Positions 48,811-59,736 of a stretch of 64,000 nt of DNA are shown one piece after another (the stretch's first letter is position 1; each line of letters begins with the position of its first letter). Both the position numbers and the translations under genes were made by a program. The DNA comes from Blepharisma stoltei ATCC 30299 (taxonomy: Eukaryota > Protista > Ciliophora), in the NCBI GenBank assembly GCA_965603825.1, contig CBFDEM010000040.1, positions 1-64,000 of the forward strand, given 5' to 3'. The notes beneath the pieces are model-generated. The model was not told where the DNA came from. It searched no databases and worked only from the letters and a program-made list of their open reading frames with translations.

Positions 48811-50449
48811 AAAGCTTAACTTCTAAAAATCTTTATTTATTTCCCTTGAAAGATATTGCTTTCATTCTTTTCTACCATAAATTTTGATTTATTTGAAGTT
48901 TGAGTCAAAATTTGAAATCTCATTTTTAATAATATCTTAAATGCTAAATAAGCCAGGATGAGCTAGTTTTAACTCAAAATTATAATTGACTAGTAGATAG
49001 TAATTAACTTCTTTAAATTAGACATGACATAATTTTGTGAGCTAAGAACAAAATTGCAAGCTTCTCATAATTTTAACAGATATTTATATTTTTCTGTGTG
49101 GTTTAGCTGACCAAGAGGGAGAAATGAAACGAAAGTCAACTCAAATCAAAAAAATGCTAATTTGCGTCTAAGCTTGCCCACTTTTTCACTGGCCAATACA
49201 ACTGCTATAAAGTTCTAACAAACAAATATCTCTACCATATAAGAAAACGAAATTCCAAGCAAGCCCTGGTTAAAGCGTAAATCATTTGCTATCCTAGAAT
49301 AATACAATTTATTTAAGTTAAATGTTTTCATTTTCTATTCTTTTCTTATATTTTATAACTCTCAACTCAAAACATACTGAAATCACGCCTTGATATTTAG
49401 TAATTGTAATTTAGAGACTATGCTTTATCGGCAAAAAATTGGGCTTTTCTGGTTTTTAATAAATTTCCAAAAGCTTCTTCTTCGGCTGCCTTTTTTAAAT
49501 TATTAGCAACGAATTTTGGTCTGAACTATATTTTCTTAATCTTAAGTTTTTTGCTTTTTGTTTCTCGTTTTCAATTTCAAATTTATATTTTCTTCCTGCT
49601 TCTATTTAGACCCAAACCTGAGCTTCCTTGAAATTGCCTGTCTTAGTGGATTGTTGAGAAATTAAAATGGATAGGGTCCTGATTAAGACAGCCCTATTTT
49701 GTGTCGATTTTATAAATATTACTTTAGAAAATTTCTGATCCCAGAAAAAATGCATCTAAGTGTTATCTTTATGAATCTTAAATTTTAAATCATCTATATC
49801 GCATATATTTTAAATATTAAGATTTATCAATAAATGTCAACAATTATCAATTTTATGCTAAACCAAGTAACTGAGCGAGTAACTACTAATAATAAAGCTA
49901 TTTCTATCTTTTTATGTTGATAATTCGTTTAAAAAAGCAAAAGAAGCTGATCAAATAGATCATGAAAATTTTTAATTAATAATTTACAAATTTGCTAACC
50001 TAATTTTTATGCATTCTTATGATTAGACTATAGGACAACTGATCTAAAATAAGCTTGAATTATTCTCTGCCATGCGTTTTCTTAGAATATCCGGCTGAAT
50101 TTTGGTAGCTTTTGAAAATTCAGTCAATCAGTTTCATAAATATGCCCGAGCAAGTCTTAAACTTGGCGGTTAAGCCAACTCTTGAAAAGCAGCAGATTCC
50201 TTAAGTAAGAAATCTCCAAGTGCCAATAAAACGCTACAGTTTATCTTCCTAAGTCAACTTATAGTAGCAAGTCAATAAAAATTATATTACTTTTCAAAAT
50301 AAAAATTTCATAAAGATTCTACTCAAAGAAGTTTTCAAAATCGGCTGGATAAGGCGGCTTAAACTTTATTAATCCTTTAATGGCTATTAAAATTCTAAAT
50401 TACTATTTATTCAAACATTTAGGAATGGTTATCATAGCTTATAATAAAT

Positions 50450-51544
50450 ATGAATCAATCTGCTCTAGCTCTTCTACTTCTGGCTAGTTCAGTCCTAGCA
50501 ATGGAAACCTCAAGCTGTTCCAAAATCAGCTGCAGTGGCTCGGAAACTACTTCTTCAGGCAAGTGCGTGACAGTTTCAGGATCCACGGTCTCTCTCAGCC
50601 CATGTCCAGATGGTTACCACTGCCAAGAATTAGATCAGTTCTCTTCAAGTGATGAACATTCCGAGGCTACATGCAAATCCGATTCTACCGAACCCTCTGA
50701 GTCTTGTCCTACCTCTCATGATGGGGACATCGCTACTAATTTTTATTGCTGCGTAAATGCTGACTGTGCCAGCAATAAATGTGACACTGCCAATAACAAG
50801 TGTATTGGCATTGCTGAAGATGGTGCTTGCACGGAAAACGAACACTGTGAGGCTGGCTTTTATTGCTCTTCAAGCAAATGTACCGAAACAGTAGGAGAAG
50901 GAAAAACATGTAGCTATGATTATCAGTGCGACGCTGGATACGGCTGCTTTGGCTCGTTCTGTCTTCAGTATTTTTCATTGAAGGACAACACCATCACAAC
51001 TAATGCGAAATTCTGTAAATCAGGCTTGATGTATAATTCAGTATGCGATAGCGTTACGATTTCTAGTGGAGGCACCGTACTTTCAGAGCCATGGGAATGC
51101 ACAATAGGGCAGACGTGTAGCTACAAATATACCCATGGCAATTACCAATATCGTAGTGATAAAGATTGCGAGTGTGCTGGAGAAGGAACCACCTCTACTA
51201 AAGGATACTGCCCTATCAGAAATATTATGGGTATAGTTGATTTTACTGACGATTTCTATGAGAAATTCCAATATGACAGCAGTGACTGCTCAGGTAATTA
51301 TGCCCATTTAACAGATATAGAAGATGACTTAGACCTTTTGGTTTATTGCGACTCCATTGACCAGGATGGCAAGGATTATTATGATAATATGGATATGATC
51401 GTAGGAGCCTGGTCGCTTTATTCATCAGGGGTAATTGATAGCTGTGCTAACGATATGGGGATTTTTGATCCAAGCGAAGATATAGACTCATGGGACTCCG
51501 CCGAATTTCTTGCTCTTTCAGGTCTTCTTATCCTCTTTAACTAA
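50450..51544 (+). CDS. Cys-rich secreted/GPI-anchored-type surface protein, tandem paralog, 364 aa
   Basis: Same architecture as 47713-48810 with a near-identical C-terminus. Confidence 0.9.
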   Translation: MNQSALALLLLASSVLAMETSSCSKISCSGSETTSSGKCVTVSGSTVSLSPCPDGYHCQELDQFSSSDEHSEATCKSDSTEPSESCPTSHDGDIATNFYCCVNADCASNKCDTANNKCIGIAEDGACTENEHCEAGFYCSSSKCTETVGEGKTCSYDYQCDAGYGCFGSFCLQYFSLKDNTITTNAKFCKSGLMYNSVCDSVTISSGGTVLSEPWECTIGQTCSYKYTHGNYQYRSDKDCECAGEGTTSTKGYCPIRNIMGIVDFTDDFYEKFQYDSSDCSGNYAHLTDIEDDLDLLVYCDSIDQDGKDYYDNMDMIVGAWSLYSSGVIDSCANDMGIFDPSEDIDSWDSAEFLALSGLLILFN

Positions 51545-51729
51545 ATCTTAATTTCTAACTTATCAAATCTTTGATCTATAAAAATTTACTTATTCGCTTA
51601 GATTTATCTGTAAATAAACCTTAAAGTTTGATAACTAGGCTTTAAGCAGAGACTATCGCTATTTCATTAAATCATCCCATTACATTTCCTTAAATATACA
51701 TTAAAAGAGCTTCAGAATTTGATTTATTT

Positions 51730-51990
51730 TAGGCTTTCGTTATGTAACTCTTTTCAGCATTTTTATTAAAGGATGGCGAATTAACTAATAATCCGGTTTC
51801 AGCAAGCCATGCTCCAAATAAAATGGAGCACGCAGCAGCCTCTCGATTTACTGTAGAGGCAGTTTGCTTACTGAGCTATGGGAATGCACAATAAGCAAAA
51901 GTGCAGCTTCAGATGGCCATAGGAATCAAGAATTTGATGATGATCACGAATGCGCTGGTGAAGGACCACATCTACTAAATGACATATTCT
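51730..51990 (+). pseudogene. Decayed internal fragment of another Cys-rich family copy
   Basis: GAGCTATGGGAATGCACAATA and GAATGCGCTGGTGAAGGACCACATCTACTAAATGACAT align colinearly to about 50940-51210; the frame is broken. Confidence 0.75.
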
Positions 51991-52158
51991 AAGTATATAG
52001 AATTAAAAGAATATCAAATCAAGTTAATCATAAACAATATTATTAATAAAAAAATTAAGAATTTTGGGACAGGGCAGACTTTGAATCAAAGACCACTCAT
52101 CTTTATGTTTTCATCGGCTTAAAAATAGTTAGCCAGTAATTTATTAGAACCTCCAGTC

Positions 52159-53241
52159 TTAATTATTAATTTCTTGAAGCTTCTTTCCCACAAAAGTTTG
52201 TCCACAAGGGTCTGTTGTCTCCACAATTGCTTTATGAACCGTATAAAGTGATGGGAAATTCGTGCACACTCCACCGCCTCCTCTGCTGGCTTGACTGTAC
52301 ATTCTATTGATATCTGCATAGCAAAGGACAGTTTGGCCAACTGCAATTCCCCATTTTGAATGGTCATCATACCCGTACCACCAATATTTTTTAATTGTGA
52401 GCTCATCTACATTTAGGTTTGTGTAGGCTTCATCAGGTGGGCAGTACCCTGGCATATAAGGCCTTCCCCAAGACTGTACGTAAAAGCTATCTTTGTAGTA
52501 TTTAGATACCACATCTTCCCAGAAATCTAAATTAGCTGCTGCAGATCTTGCTAAATAAGTGAAGGTGTTGCCGTCAACTCTATATAAAACTTACGAAAAA
52601 CTGTATGATACAGTGCTGGCTTGCAGTGTGGTTTGGTTTTGGACTAACAGGGTAATGTTGCTGTTAGGGGTAATGATTCTACTGTAATAGACTTGAGGCT
52701 TGTTTATGGTCATTAAGCCTGCGAGGTTAAAAAGTGTTTGTGGGGATATTTGTAGGCACATGAGATTTTGCCCATAGTAAGTTTCAGACTGGAATATGTC
52801 CAGCATCACTTTCCCAGTTGTGCTGTTGTAGTATGGAAAGTTTGGGAAGGAGTGGATTATGTAAATGGCCTGGGTTGAGGTGTAAGCTAAAATCCCTTTG
52901 GTGTGCCCAACATAATTGTTATAGTTGGTGCTGTTAGGAGGGACCCCATCACTGAATAACAGTTACTTGTAAAACAAAACCGAAATAGAGCTATCAGTAT
53001 TGAACTGATTAAGTGTATAAGTGATTGGAGAAGAGACGTTGAGAGGCTGCGACTCGATTTCTGCAGTCATATGATTTGGAGTTAGAAAAGAATAAGACTT
53101 TCCTGGGAGAGGAGGGGCATATGCCACTTGTGGAGGCTTAATAAAAGTCAACCATGGGACTGAATTTCCGCTATTGTCAAGGCAATTGAGCGATAAGGCT
53201 ACGTAAAACACTGAGAGGAGAATAAAAAGCGTCTTCGCCAT
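52159..53241 (-). CDS. DNASE2: Deoxyribonuclease II (two 15-nt introns)
   Basis: Signal peptide; CLDNSGNSVPW, YND, GHTKG, HSFPNFP, DHSKW, DINRMYSQASRGGGGVC. Confidence 0.93.
52580..52594 (-). other. 15-nt intron GTAAGTTTTATATAG
   Basis: GT..AG containing an in-frame TAA. Confidence 0.85.
52952..52966 (-). other. 15-nt intron GTAACTGTTATTCAG
   Basis: GT..AG containing an in-frame TAA; removal restores the conserved YND motif. Confidence 0.9.
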
Positions 53242-53939
53242 TTATACCAATTAGATGGACTTAAACCAATTTTAATTCTCAGCATGGAGGAGAAGAAATT
53301 GGATTTTTGATAAAAATTTCATAGGATTGCGTAAAAGTCATAGGAACTGTGGGAAAATCAATATGTTATGGGACTCTACCGTGTGTGTGTTTTCAATGTA
53401 ATATGCATGGGTTTGTTATATCAAAATCGATGATTTTTATTTAATGTGCCATTGGGATCGTGGAATCATTGATTTTCTTATTTCTAGCAAGACTTTGTTA
53501 AGAAAATCCTTCAATATCGAAGTGTTTTTATAGAGAGATAAAAATTTATGTCCTGGTATTTATTATTATGACTTCTGAAAATGGTTGGAAAATCAATAAT
53601 TTCAATATGGATTAAGGACATGTTGAAAATTTAGATAAATAATTTAATTATAAAATTTTGGTGAAGTTTTTCTATAGGATATCAGGATCATGAGTCCCTG
53701 CTTTTTAGTAAATTTTTATAATATCATAACTAAATTGATGCCGAATTTAATAGAAGATGCACAATTAATTTAATTTTATCACGAAATTGAATTTTCCTAA
53801 ATTAAATTTATTTCTTATTCTTAACTTAAAGAAGAAATATATTTCACAACAAAAATAATCAATTTCAGTATTTAATTGCACAAATTGTTATAAAATTAAT
53901 TCATTTAATTTACCAAGAATTTATTTCAAAAATCGATAA

Positions 53940-54341
53940 ATGGTCTCAGCCGCTCTAAAAGCTTTATTTCTACTCAGCTTTTTCTGCATCGCAGTAGCAG
54001 AAGAAGAAAACCGCATCCTTTCCCTGACTGACGCAACTATAGATAAAGCAATAAAAGATTACCCTATAATTCTTATCAAGTTTTACGCCCCATGGTGTGG
54101 TCATTGCCGTCATCTCGCTCCTATCTACAAAAAAGCAGGAGAAATCCTCTATGGAATGGATCCTTCCCTTGTAATGGCTGAAATTGATGCAACCGTAGAA
54201 AGAGAATCCGCAGATGCCTGGAAAATCAAAGGGTACCCTACAATGATTCTTTTCAAGAACGGCGAAAAGGTGGACACTTATGAAGGCGCTCGCACTGAAG
54301 AAGCATTGACAAAATACATGATTAGTCATGCAGACAATTAA
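53940..54341 (+). CDS. Single-domain secretory thioredoxin/PDI-like protein
   Basis: Signal peptide, KFYAPWCGHC, GYPT, YEGART. Confidence 0.92.
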   Translation: MVSAALKALFLLSFFCIAVAEEENRILSLTDATIDKAIKDYPIILIKFYAPWCGHCRHLAPIYKKAGEILYGMDPSLVMAEIDATVERESADAWKIKGYPTMILFKNGEKVDTYEGARTEEALTKYMISHADN

Positions 54342-54395
54342 TTATCGTAAAAAATTCTTATATATTCCTTTAATTCATAAACCTTCTGATACAAT

Positions 54396-55832
54396 ATGGT
54401 GCAAGAGTACATCTCCCACAGCTCATCTACTTCTTATGAAGTCGGCGAATACGTCGACTGCGAAGACGAAAAAGGCGTTTGGCTTAACGCTGAAATTCTT
54501 GAAATTTCTGGCGACAGACTTAAAGTTCATTTCACAAATTACAATAAAAAGTTCGACAGCTGGGTACCTATTTCTAATGAAAGCGTATTAAAACAGTGAA
54601 GGAGAGGCTCCCCTTTTCAGCTTCATAACCGCATTGATGTGAAGGACACATATAACAAGTGAATGGAAGCGACCATTGTTGACATGAATTCTACACAAAT
54701 TAGAGTTCATTTTAAAGGCTACACAGAAAGGTGGGACGAGTGAATTAATAAAAATTCTGAGAGAATAAGCGAAATTGGTAGCAAAAGCACAGCTTTTGGG
54801 ATTGGGAAGTTTGACCCGAGCAGGCCTAATAGGTTTTCTAATAAAGAAATACAGACAAGCATAATTAGTCAAGATTTTAAAGAAGGACGAGAAGGTGATT
54901 TTATGAGGATTTTAAGGGAAAGAGACTTTTTAATAGTCCCGGTAGAAGGGGATGGAAATTGTTTGTTTAGATCAGTGTCACATCAGCTGTATGGAACTAC
55001 AGAGCATCATGGCTTAGTAAGGCAAGCTGCACTTAATTATCTAAGCATTGAACGAGAATACTTCTCACAATTTATTGTAGGCGGGGATGCAGGATTTGAC
55101 GAATACGTCTCCCACCAAAGCCAAAATGGCGCATGGGGCGACGACATAGAAATTGAAGCAATGTCCGAGCTATATGACAGGTCTATTGAAATTTATGCCT
55201 ATGCGAACCAGCCTATGAGGACTTTTCATGAAAGTTACGGAGAAGGCACCCCAATTAGGCTCGCATACCATGGGAGATCTCATTATAACTCTATTATCGG
55301 CAAAGATGGACATGAGCCATTACTTACAAGCAGACCTGGAGAATTTGAAGAAATCAGAATTCAGCTTACCAAAAGAATCAGCCAAGGCTTAGAACCGAGG
55401 CACGAAAATATAAGGAGGGCAAGAGAAGGCTTTGATAATTCAGCACAGACAGATTTAGAACAAGCCTTAAGCATTTCTCTTCATAACAGCCAAGGAAATA
55501 GCGTAGATGTAGCTATAGAAAGGTCAATAAATGAGCAGACTGAAGAACAGATGATCAGGCAGGCTATTGAGGAGTCAAAAAGAGGGGACGATGACGCCCA
55601 ATTGAGAATGGCAATGGAATTAAGTATGCAGGGGGAAAGAAACACAGAAGAGGATTTAATAAGAATGGCTATGGAAGAAAGCAAAAGAGAAGCTTCCCAG
55701 AACTTTTTGAACCCAAGCATACAAATTGTAGTGGACTCAGGGTTTACAATGGAGCAAGCACTGGGGGCGTGAACTGTGGTAGGAGATGACCCAAATTTAA
55801 TGATTGAATATATATTAAATTCGCAATTTTAA
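54396..55832 (+). CDS. OTU deubiquitinase (OTUD5-like) with tandem Tudor/Agenet/MBT-like repeats, UIM-like repeats and a UBA-like tail
   Basis: Two repeats D..D....W..A.I......+VHF.......D.W; GDGNCLFRS; YHGRSHYNS; EEQMIRQAIEES-type repeats; SGFTMEQAL. Confidence 0.9.
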
Positions 55833-55861
55833 ATAAATTTAAGTATTATAAAATTAGTAAT

Positions 55862-57301
55862 ATGAAATCAAGAAGGGAAGGATCTATGCATAGCACAGAT
55901 TTCCAAATGGCAGTCCAAAGCGCACTGGGAAGACTTGGAGCGCTAGACACCCAGCAAACTGCTTTAGAGGAGATAAAATCTTTATTGGAACAAAATGCGA
56001 CTTCAGATGAAAAAATCACGATTTTTTTAAATTCGCTTAATGGGGTCAATGAGCATACTTTGACGCCAGTTCATAAAAAGGAGTTTGTAAAGCTTTATGG
56101 CTATATGGCTGAAGTATTAGAAGGGAATATGATACCTTTTATTCCAAGAGTGCTTAATACTTTACAAAAAAAGCTAAAAGAAGCAAACCCTCATCTTTTT
56201 GACGCAATAAGCTCTACATTTGGCATGATAATTCATAACACTTTGCATACCCTCCCTGATCTCCCCAGCTCTTGCAATCAGCTAGCACTAATTCTCAAGC
56301 CGCTCTTCCAAAACCTCTCCACAAGTAACAAAAACGTCCAAATTTGTTCAGCCCATTGCCTAGTTAAAATAATCCAACATTCCCCTATAGAATGTTTAAA
56401 ATTCATGCTAGAAAAACTTTCTGCGAAAATTCTTGAATATTTAAATTCCCCGAACTGCCGAGCTACAGGTCAACTTATTGAAGCATCAATTTCTTTAATT
56501 CTTTCAATAGAACAAGATTTTGCTCCATATGCTGCGAGCTATTTTCCAGCCCTTCTGCAAAGTGCTACAGATGAAGACTTTGCGACTCGAAAACAAGCTT
56601 TGGATGCCCTTTATACACTAGCCGCAGTGATACCGAACTCTGTTGTACCTTTTGCTTCAGAAGTTATGCAATTGCTGAATAAAGCGAGGACAGATAAAAT
56701 TAAGCCAGTTAGAGATTCTGCTTTAGAAGCAATTTCTTTGTATAAAAATTTGGTAATTGAAAGCTCTCCAGGGAGAAATGATGGAAGACACTCAGAGCAG
56801 TCAAGACCGAAGTCAATGTTTAAAGGACAAATTAATCCAAATTTTTTTAAAGCTGCAGGAAACTTAAACGATGGGCCAATAATTGAAATAGCTGCTAAAA
56901 AGCCATCAAAAACAGCCCCACCTGAAGATTCGCCTTCTTTCCAAGATGAAATTGCGAAAATCGATGATAATTTTCAAATACAGGAAGAGCCGAATTTTTT
57001 TACTTTTAAGGAGCCAAAACAAGAAGTGGTCGAAGAGGAGCCTGAAGAAAAAAGTGAAGAAAAGGAAGAGGAAGAAAAATTTGAAGAAAATTTAGTAGAA
57101 AAATTAAGCCGGTTAGAGAGCGAAAACCAGGAATTAAAAACTCAATTTTTCGAGTTTAAAAAGACCACAAAATCAGAAATTTCGCAATTAAATGACAGAT
57201 TAGGAGCATTAGAAGAAATGATCACGACAGTTTCGAGGCTTTTTGACGCGAAATTAAAACAAATTACATCAAACCCTAAGATTGCAGCATTATTGTCGTA
57301 A
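55862..57301 (+). CDS. TORTIFOLIA1/SPIRAL2-like HEAT-repeat protein with a coiled-coil tail
   Basis: LDTQQTALEEI, DFATRKQALDAL, RTDKIKPVRDSALEAI, then a C-terminal coiled coil (RLGALE). Confidence 0.7.
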   Translation: MKSRREGSMHSTDFQMAVQSALGRLGALDTQQTALEEIKSLLEQNATSDEKITIFLNSLNGVNEHTLTPVHKKEFVKLYGYMAEVLEGNMIPFIPRVLNTLQKKLKEANPHLFDAISSTFGMIIHNTLHTLPDLPSSCNQLALILKPLFQNLSTSNKNVQICSAHCLVKIIQHSPIECLKFMLEKLSAKILEYLNSPNCRATGQLIEASISLILSIEQDFAPYAASYFPALLQSATDEDFATRKQALDALYTLAAVIPNSVVPFASEVMQLLNKARTDKIKPVRDSALEAISLYKNLVIESSPGRNDGRHSEQSRPKSMFKGQINPNFFKAAGNLNDGPIIEIAAKKPSKTAPPEDSPSFQDEIAKIDDNFQIQEEPNFFTFKEPKQEVVEEEPEEKSEEKEEEEKFEENLVEKLSRLESENQELKTQFFEFKKTTKSEISQLNDRLGALEEMITTVSRLFDAKLKQITSNPKIAALLS

Positions 57302-57347
57302 GTTGAAACTTCCACTATTTAATTATGAATAATCTTAATTACAGCTA

Positions 57348-58079
57348 TTATTGCACAATACATTTAAAACAAGGAGTTCTCACATGTCTTTCGTCATGAT
57401 ATTCGTTAGTTTTTATATCATCGTCAATAAAACTCTTTAATGATGATATATGACTATACTTTTCAGTATAAATGCCTTCTCTATGGTTTTCATTAACTTG
57501 GTCAATTACATCCTGGATTTTTTCACCTTCATTACTAGTCAAAGTCCCTGAAGGAGTTCTTAAATTGACAAGCTGTTGAAAAGGGTCTGGCCTAGCATAG
57601 TGAATCTGATTCGGCTGCGATCTCGGAGTTAATTTTCTAAATTCTACTGATTTCGAGTATATAAACCCATGAGAACTCGCTAGTTTTGTCGATATTTCTT
57701 GTTCAGTCTCATTCGGCTGCTTAATCTCCATATCATCTTTCGCTTTTTTCCCTTCTGTTGCCTTTTTTTTTGCGCCCTTATCGTTCTCACTATTGCATTC
57801 AAATTCGTGGATTTCTACATTATGCTGGTTGGTGTGCTCCGTATTATTTTCTTTTTTCCCATCAAAAGCACAAGTTGTGGCAGGGCTTTCAGGCTTCGCG
57901 ACTTCATTAGATAATTGAAATGAGGACTTGGATATTTCAATAATTTGGCGATTAACAATTGAGTCATTACTAAAGGTTTCATTTTTATCGTTGGATGGGT
58001 TTTCTAGTATTTCATTTTGGGACTGGTCTGGTGAAATTTTATTATCGACTTGATTTTGTTGATCATTTTGCTCCTCCAT
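57348..58079 (-). CDS. Low-complexity hypothetical protein with a CaaX-like end (CIVQ)
   Basis: 243-aa ATG..TAA ORF. Confidence 0.65.
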   Translation of the reverse strand: MEEQNDQQNQVDNKISPDQSQNEILENPSNDKNETFSNDSIVNRQIIEISKSSFQLSNEVAKPESPATTCAFDGKKENNTEHTNQHNVEIHEFECNSENDKGAKKKATEGKKAKDDMEIKQPNETEQEISTKLASSHGFIYSKSVEFRKLTPRSQPNQIHYARPDPFQQLVNLRTPSGTLTSNEGEKIQDVIDQVNENHREGIYTEKYSHISSLKSFIDDDIKTNEYHDERHVRTPCFKCIVQ

Positions 58080-58234
58080 TTTATATAAGTTAGTCTGTCT
58101 CAGATAAAAAAATTTCGGAATATAGAGTTCTCTTTATAGAAATAGATGGAAATTATATTGGGTTATGCCAGCAATATAGATATTATTCAGACTATTAGTC
58201 TTTTTAACTTATATGCCATTATGATTGTAATTAA

Positions 58235-58957
58235 ATGGAAGCAATCAAGCTTCTTCGCAAACAAATATACAGAGTTTCTCCTACCAATGATCAAAGTGAG
58301 AGCAATAGAAACTTTAAAAATTTTCAAATATCGCCAAAAAATAATCATCTTGCGACCGTTGACTATTCTTTAACATTTGATTTTAAATCAGAGCAAGACT
58401 TAAGCCCACCCGTAAGGCTGCATGCTTATACACAAGTTTCATTGAAGCCGCCAAGAAATGTATTTAGGAATCGATTTAGCTCAAAACAAATAATAAAAAG
58501 AGATAATACTGACTTAAAAGAGGGTCTCAACAAATCAATTTCAGCAATTTCATATAGAGACAAAAGCTTTTGCAGATCATATTCTCCTACAGCCCAACAG
58601 CATAAAATGGTCTTTAGCTTTAGAAAGCCTGAATTTATAGCTCAAATTAATGAAAGCTACAGAGGAATAAAAACTCCAAAAAATGACTATTTCAAAGACA
58701 ACTCAGATTTTCTGCTAGAAGGCAAAAGAGATAATTTTTTGTATAAATCAAGGCCAAACTCAAGGGTTGCTAATATAAATAAAGTAATAAGGAATACATT
58801 GAAAAAAATTGAAAAAATTGAGGAGAAAAACAAAATGAAAATTGAAGAAGATGTAGAGGAATTCAAGCCTTGCCTGCCGATTGTACATGTAAAAAATAGG
58901 CATTTTACGATAAGATTCAATAAAAATAGCAATTTAAGGATTGATACTAATGTGTAA
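58235..58957 (+). CDS. Hypothetical basic protein
   Basis: 240-aa ATG..TAA ORF. Confidence 0.65.
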   Translation: MEAIKLLRKQIYRVSPTNDQSESNRNFKNFQISPKNNHLATVDYSLTFDFKSEQDLSPPVRLHAYTQVSLKPPRNVFRNRFSSKQIIKRDNTDLKEGLNKSISAISYRDKSFCRSYSPTAQQHKMVFSFRKPEFIAQINESYRGIKTPKNDYFKDNSDFLLEGKRDNFLYKSRPNSRVANINKVIRNTLKKIEKIEEKNKMKIEEDVEEFKPCLPIVHVKNRHFTIRFNKNSNLRIDTNV

Positions 58958-59062
58958 TTTCAATGAAATTGCCAATTTATAGAATAACTGAATCCACAAA
59001 CCTAATACCTTTGCATAATAGGTAAAATAAACATTTTTGATAATTTTTAAAATGAATCTAAT

Positions 59063-59680
59063 CTAATTTATATAACTTTTATCATTAATCTGAAGTTTCC
59101 CATCAAGATCTAAAAATGCCCTAATTTCTTTCAGCTTTCTCACAGCTTTACTTTGATCCCTTGTCTCTAAAATCTTCAGCGGTTTTTCATATCCAAAATA
59201 AATAATAATCCTATAATAAGTCGTATCCGAATAATCCATCACAAATCCATCTTTTTGCAGCCCAACGTCCGCAATTTCTGTAATTTTGCATGAAAATTGC
59301 TTTCACCTGAAAAATATCAAATAATATTTATTATAGTCAAACCTTTTTTCGTCCTTATTAAAAACAGCAACCTCAATTTTTGCCAAAATAAAAGCCATGC
59401 CAGACAATACATAAAAAACAATAATTACTGTATATTGCAGCCAATGACTCCCTGTGTATCCTTCAAACATTTCTATATTAAAATGCAAATTCAACAGTAA
59501 AAAAGTAGACGTCAAACAGAAAATAAAGCTTAAAATCCAGACTGAAAAAGGATATCGGCGCAGTTTAAAAACTCTTTTTTGCTTGATTAGTTTGAGCTCG
59601 ATTTCTTCAAGCTGCTTTCTGTAGCTTGGGCCTTTGGGTTTTCTGTATTTGTTTAGTATCCGTAATTTCTCTTCCAGCAT
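59063..59680 (-). CDS. Two-TM protein, possibly CYBC1/EROS-like
   Basis: Open with TGA=Trp. FKLRRYP, two TM helices, EVAVFNK, EIADV, EIRAFLDL. Confidence 0.55.
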
Positions 59681-59736
59681 ATTTAAAATATTATTTTCTG
59701 GAATTAGCCAAAATTATCTAAATTAATCTATTAAAA

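Noticed and set aside
46700-49700. Decayed minus-strand reading frames at about 46700-47000 and 49400-49700
   Set aside because: Interrupted by TAA/TAG with no recognisable family.
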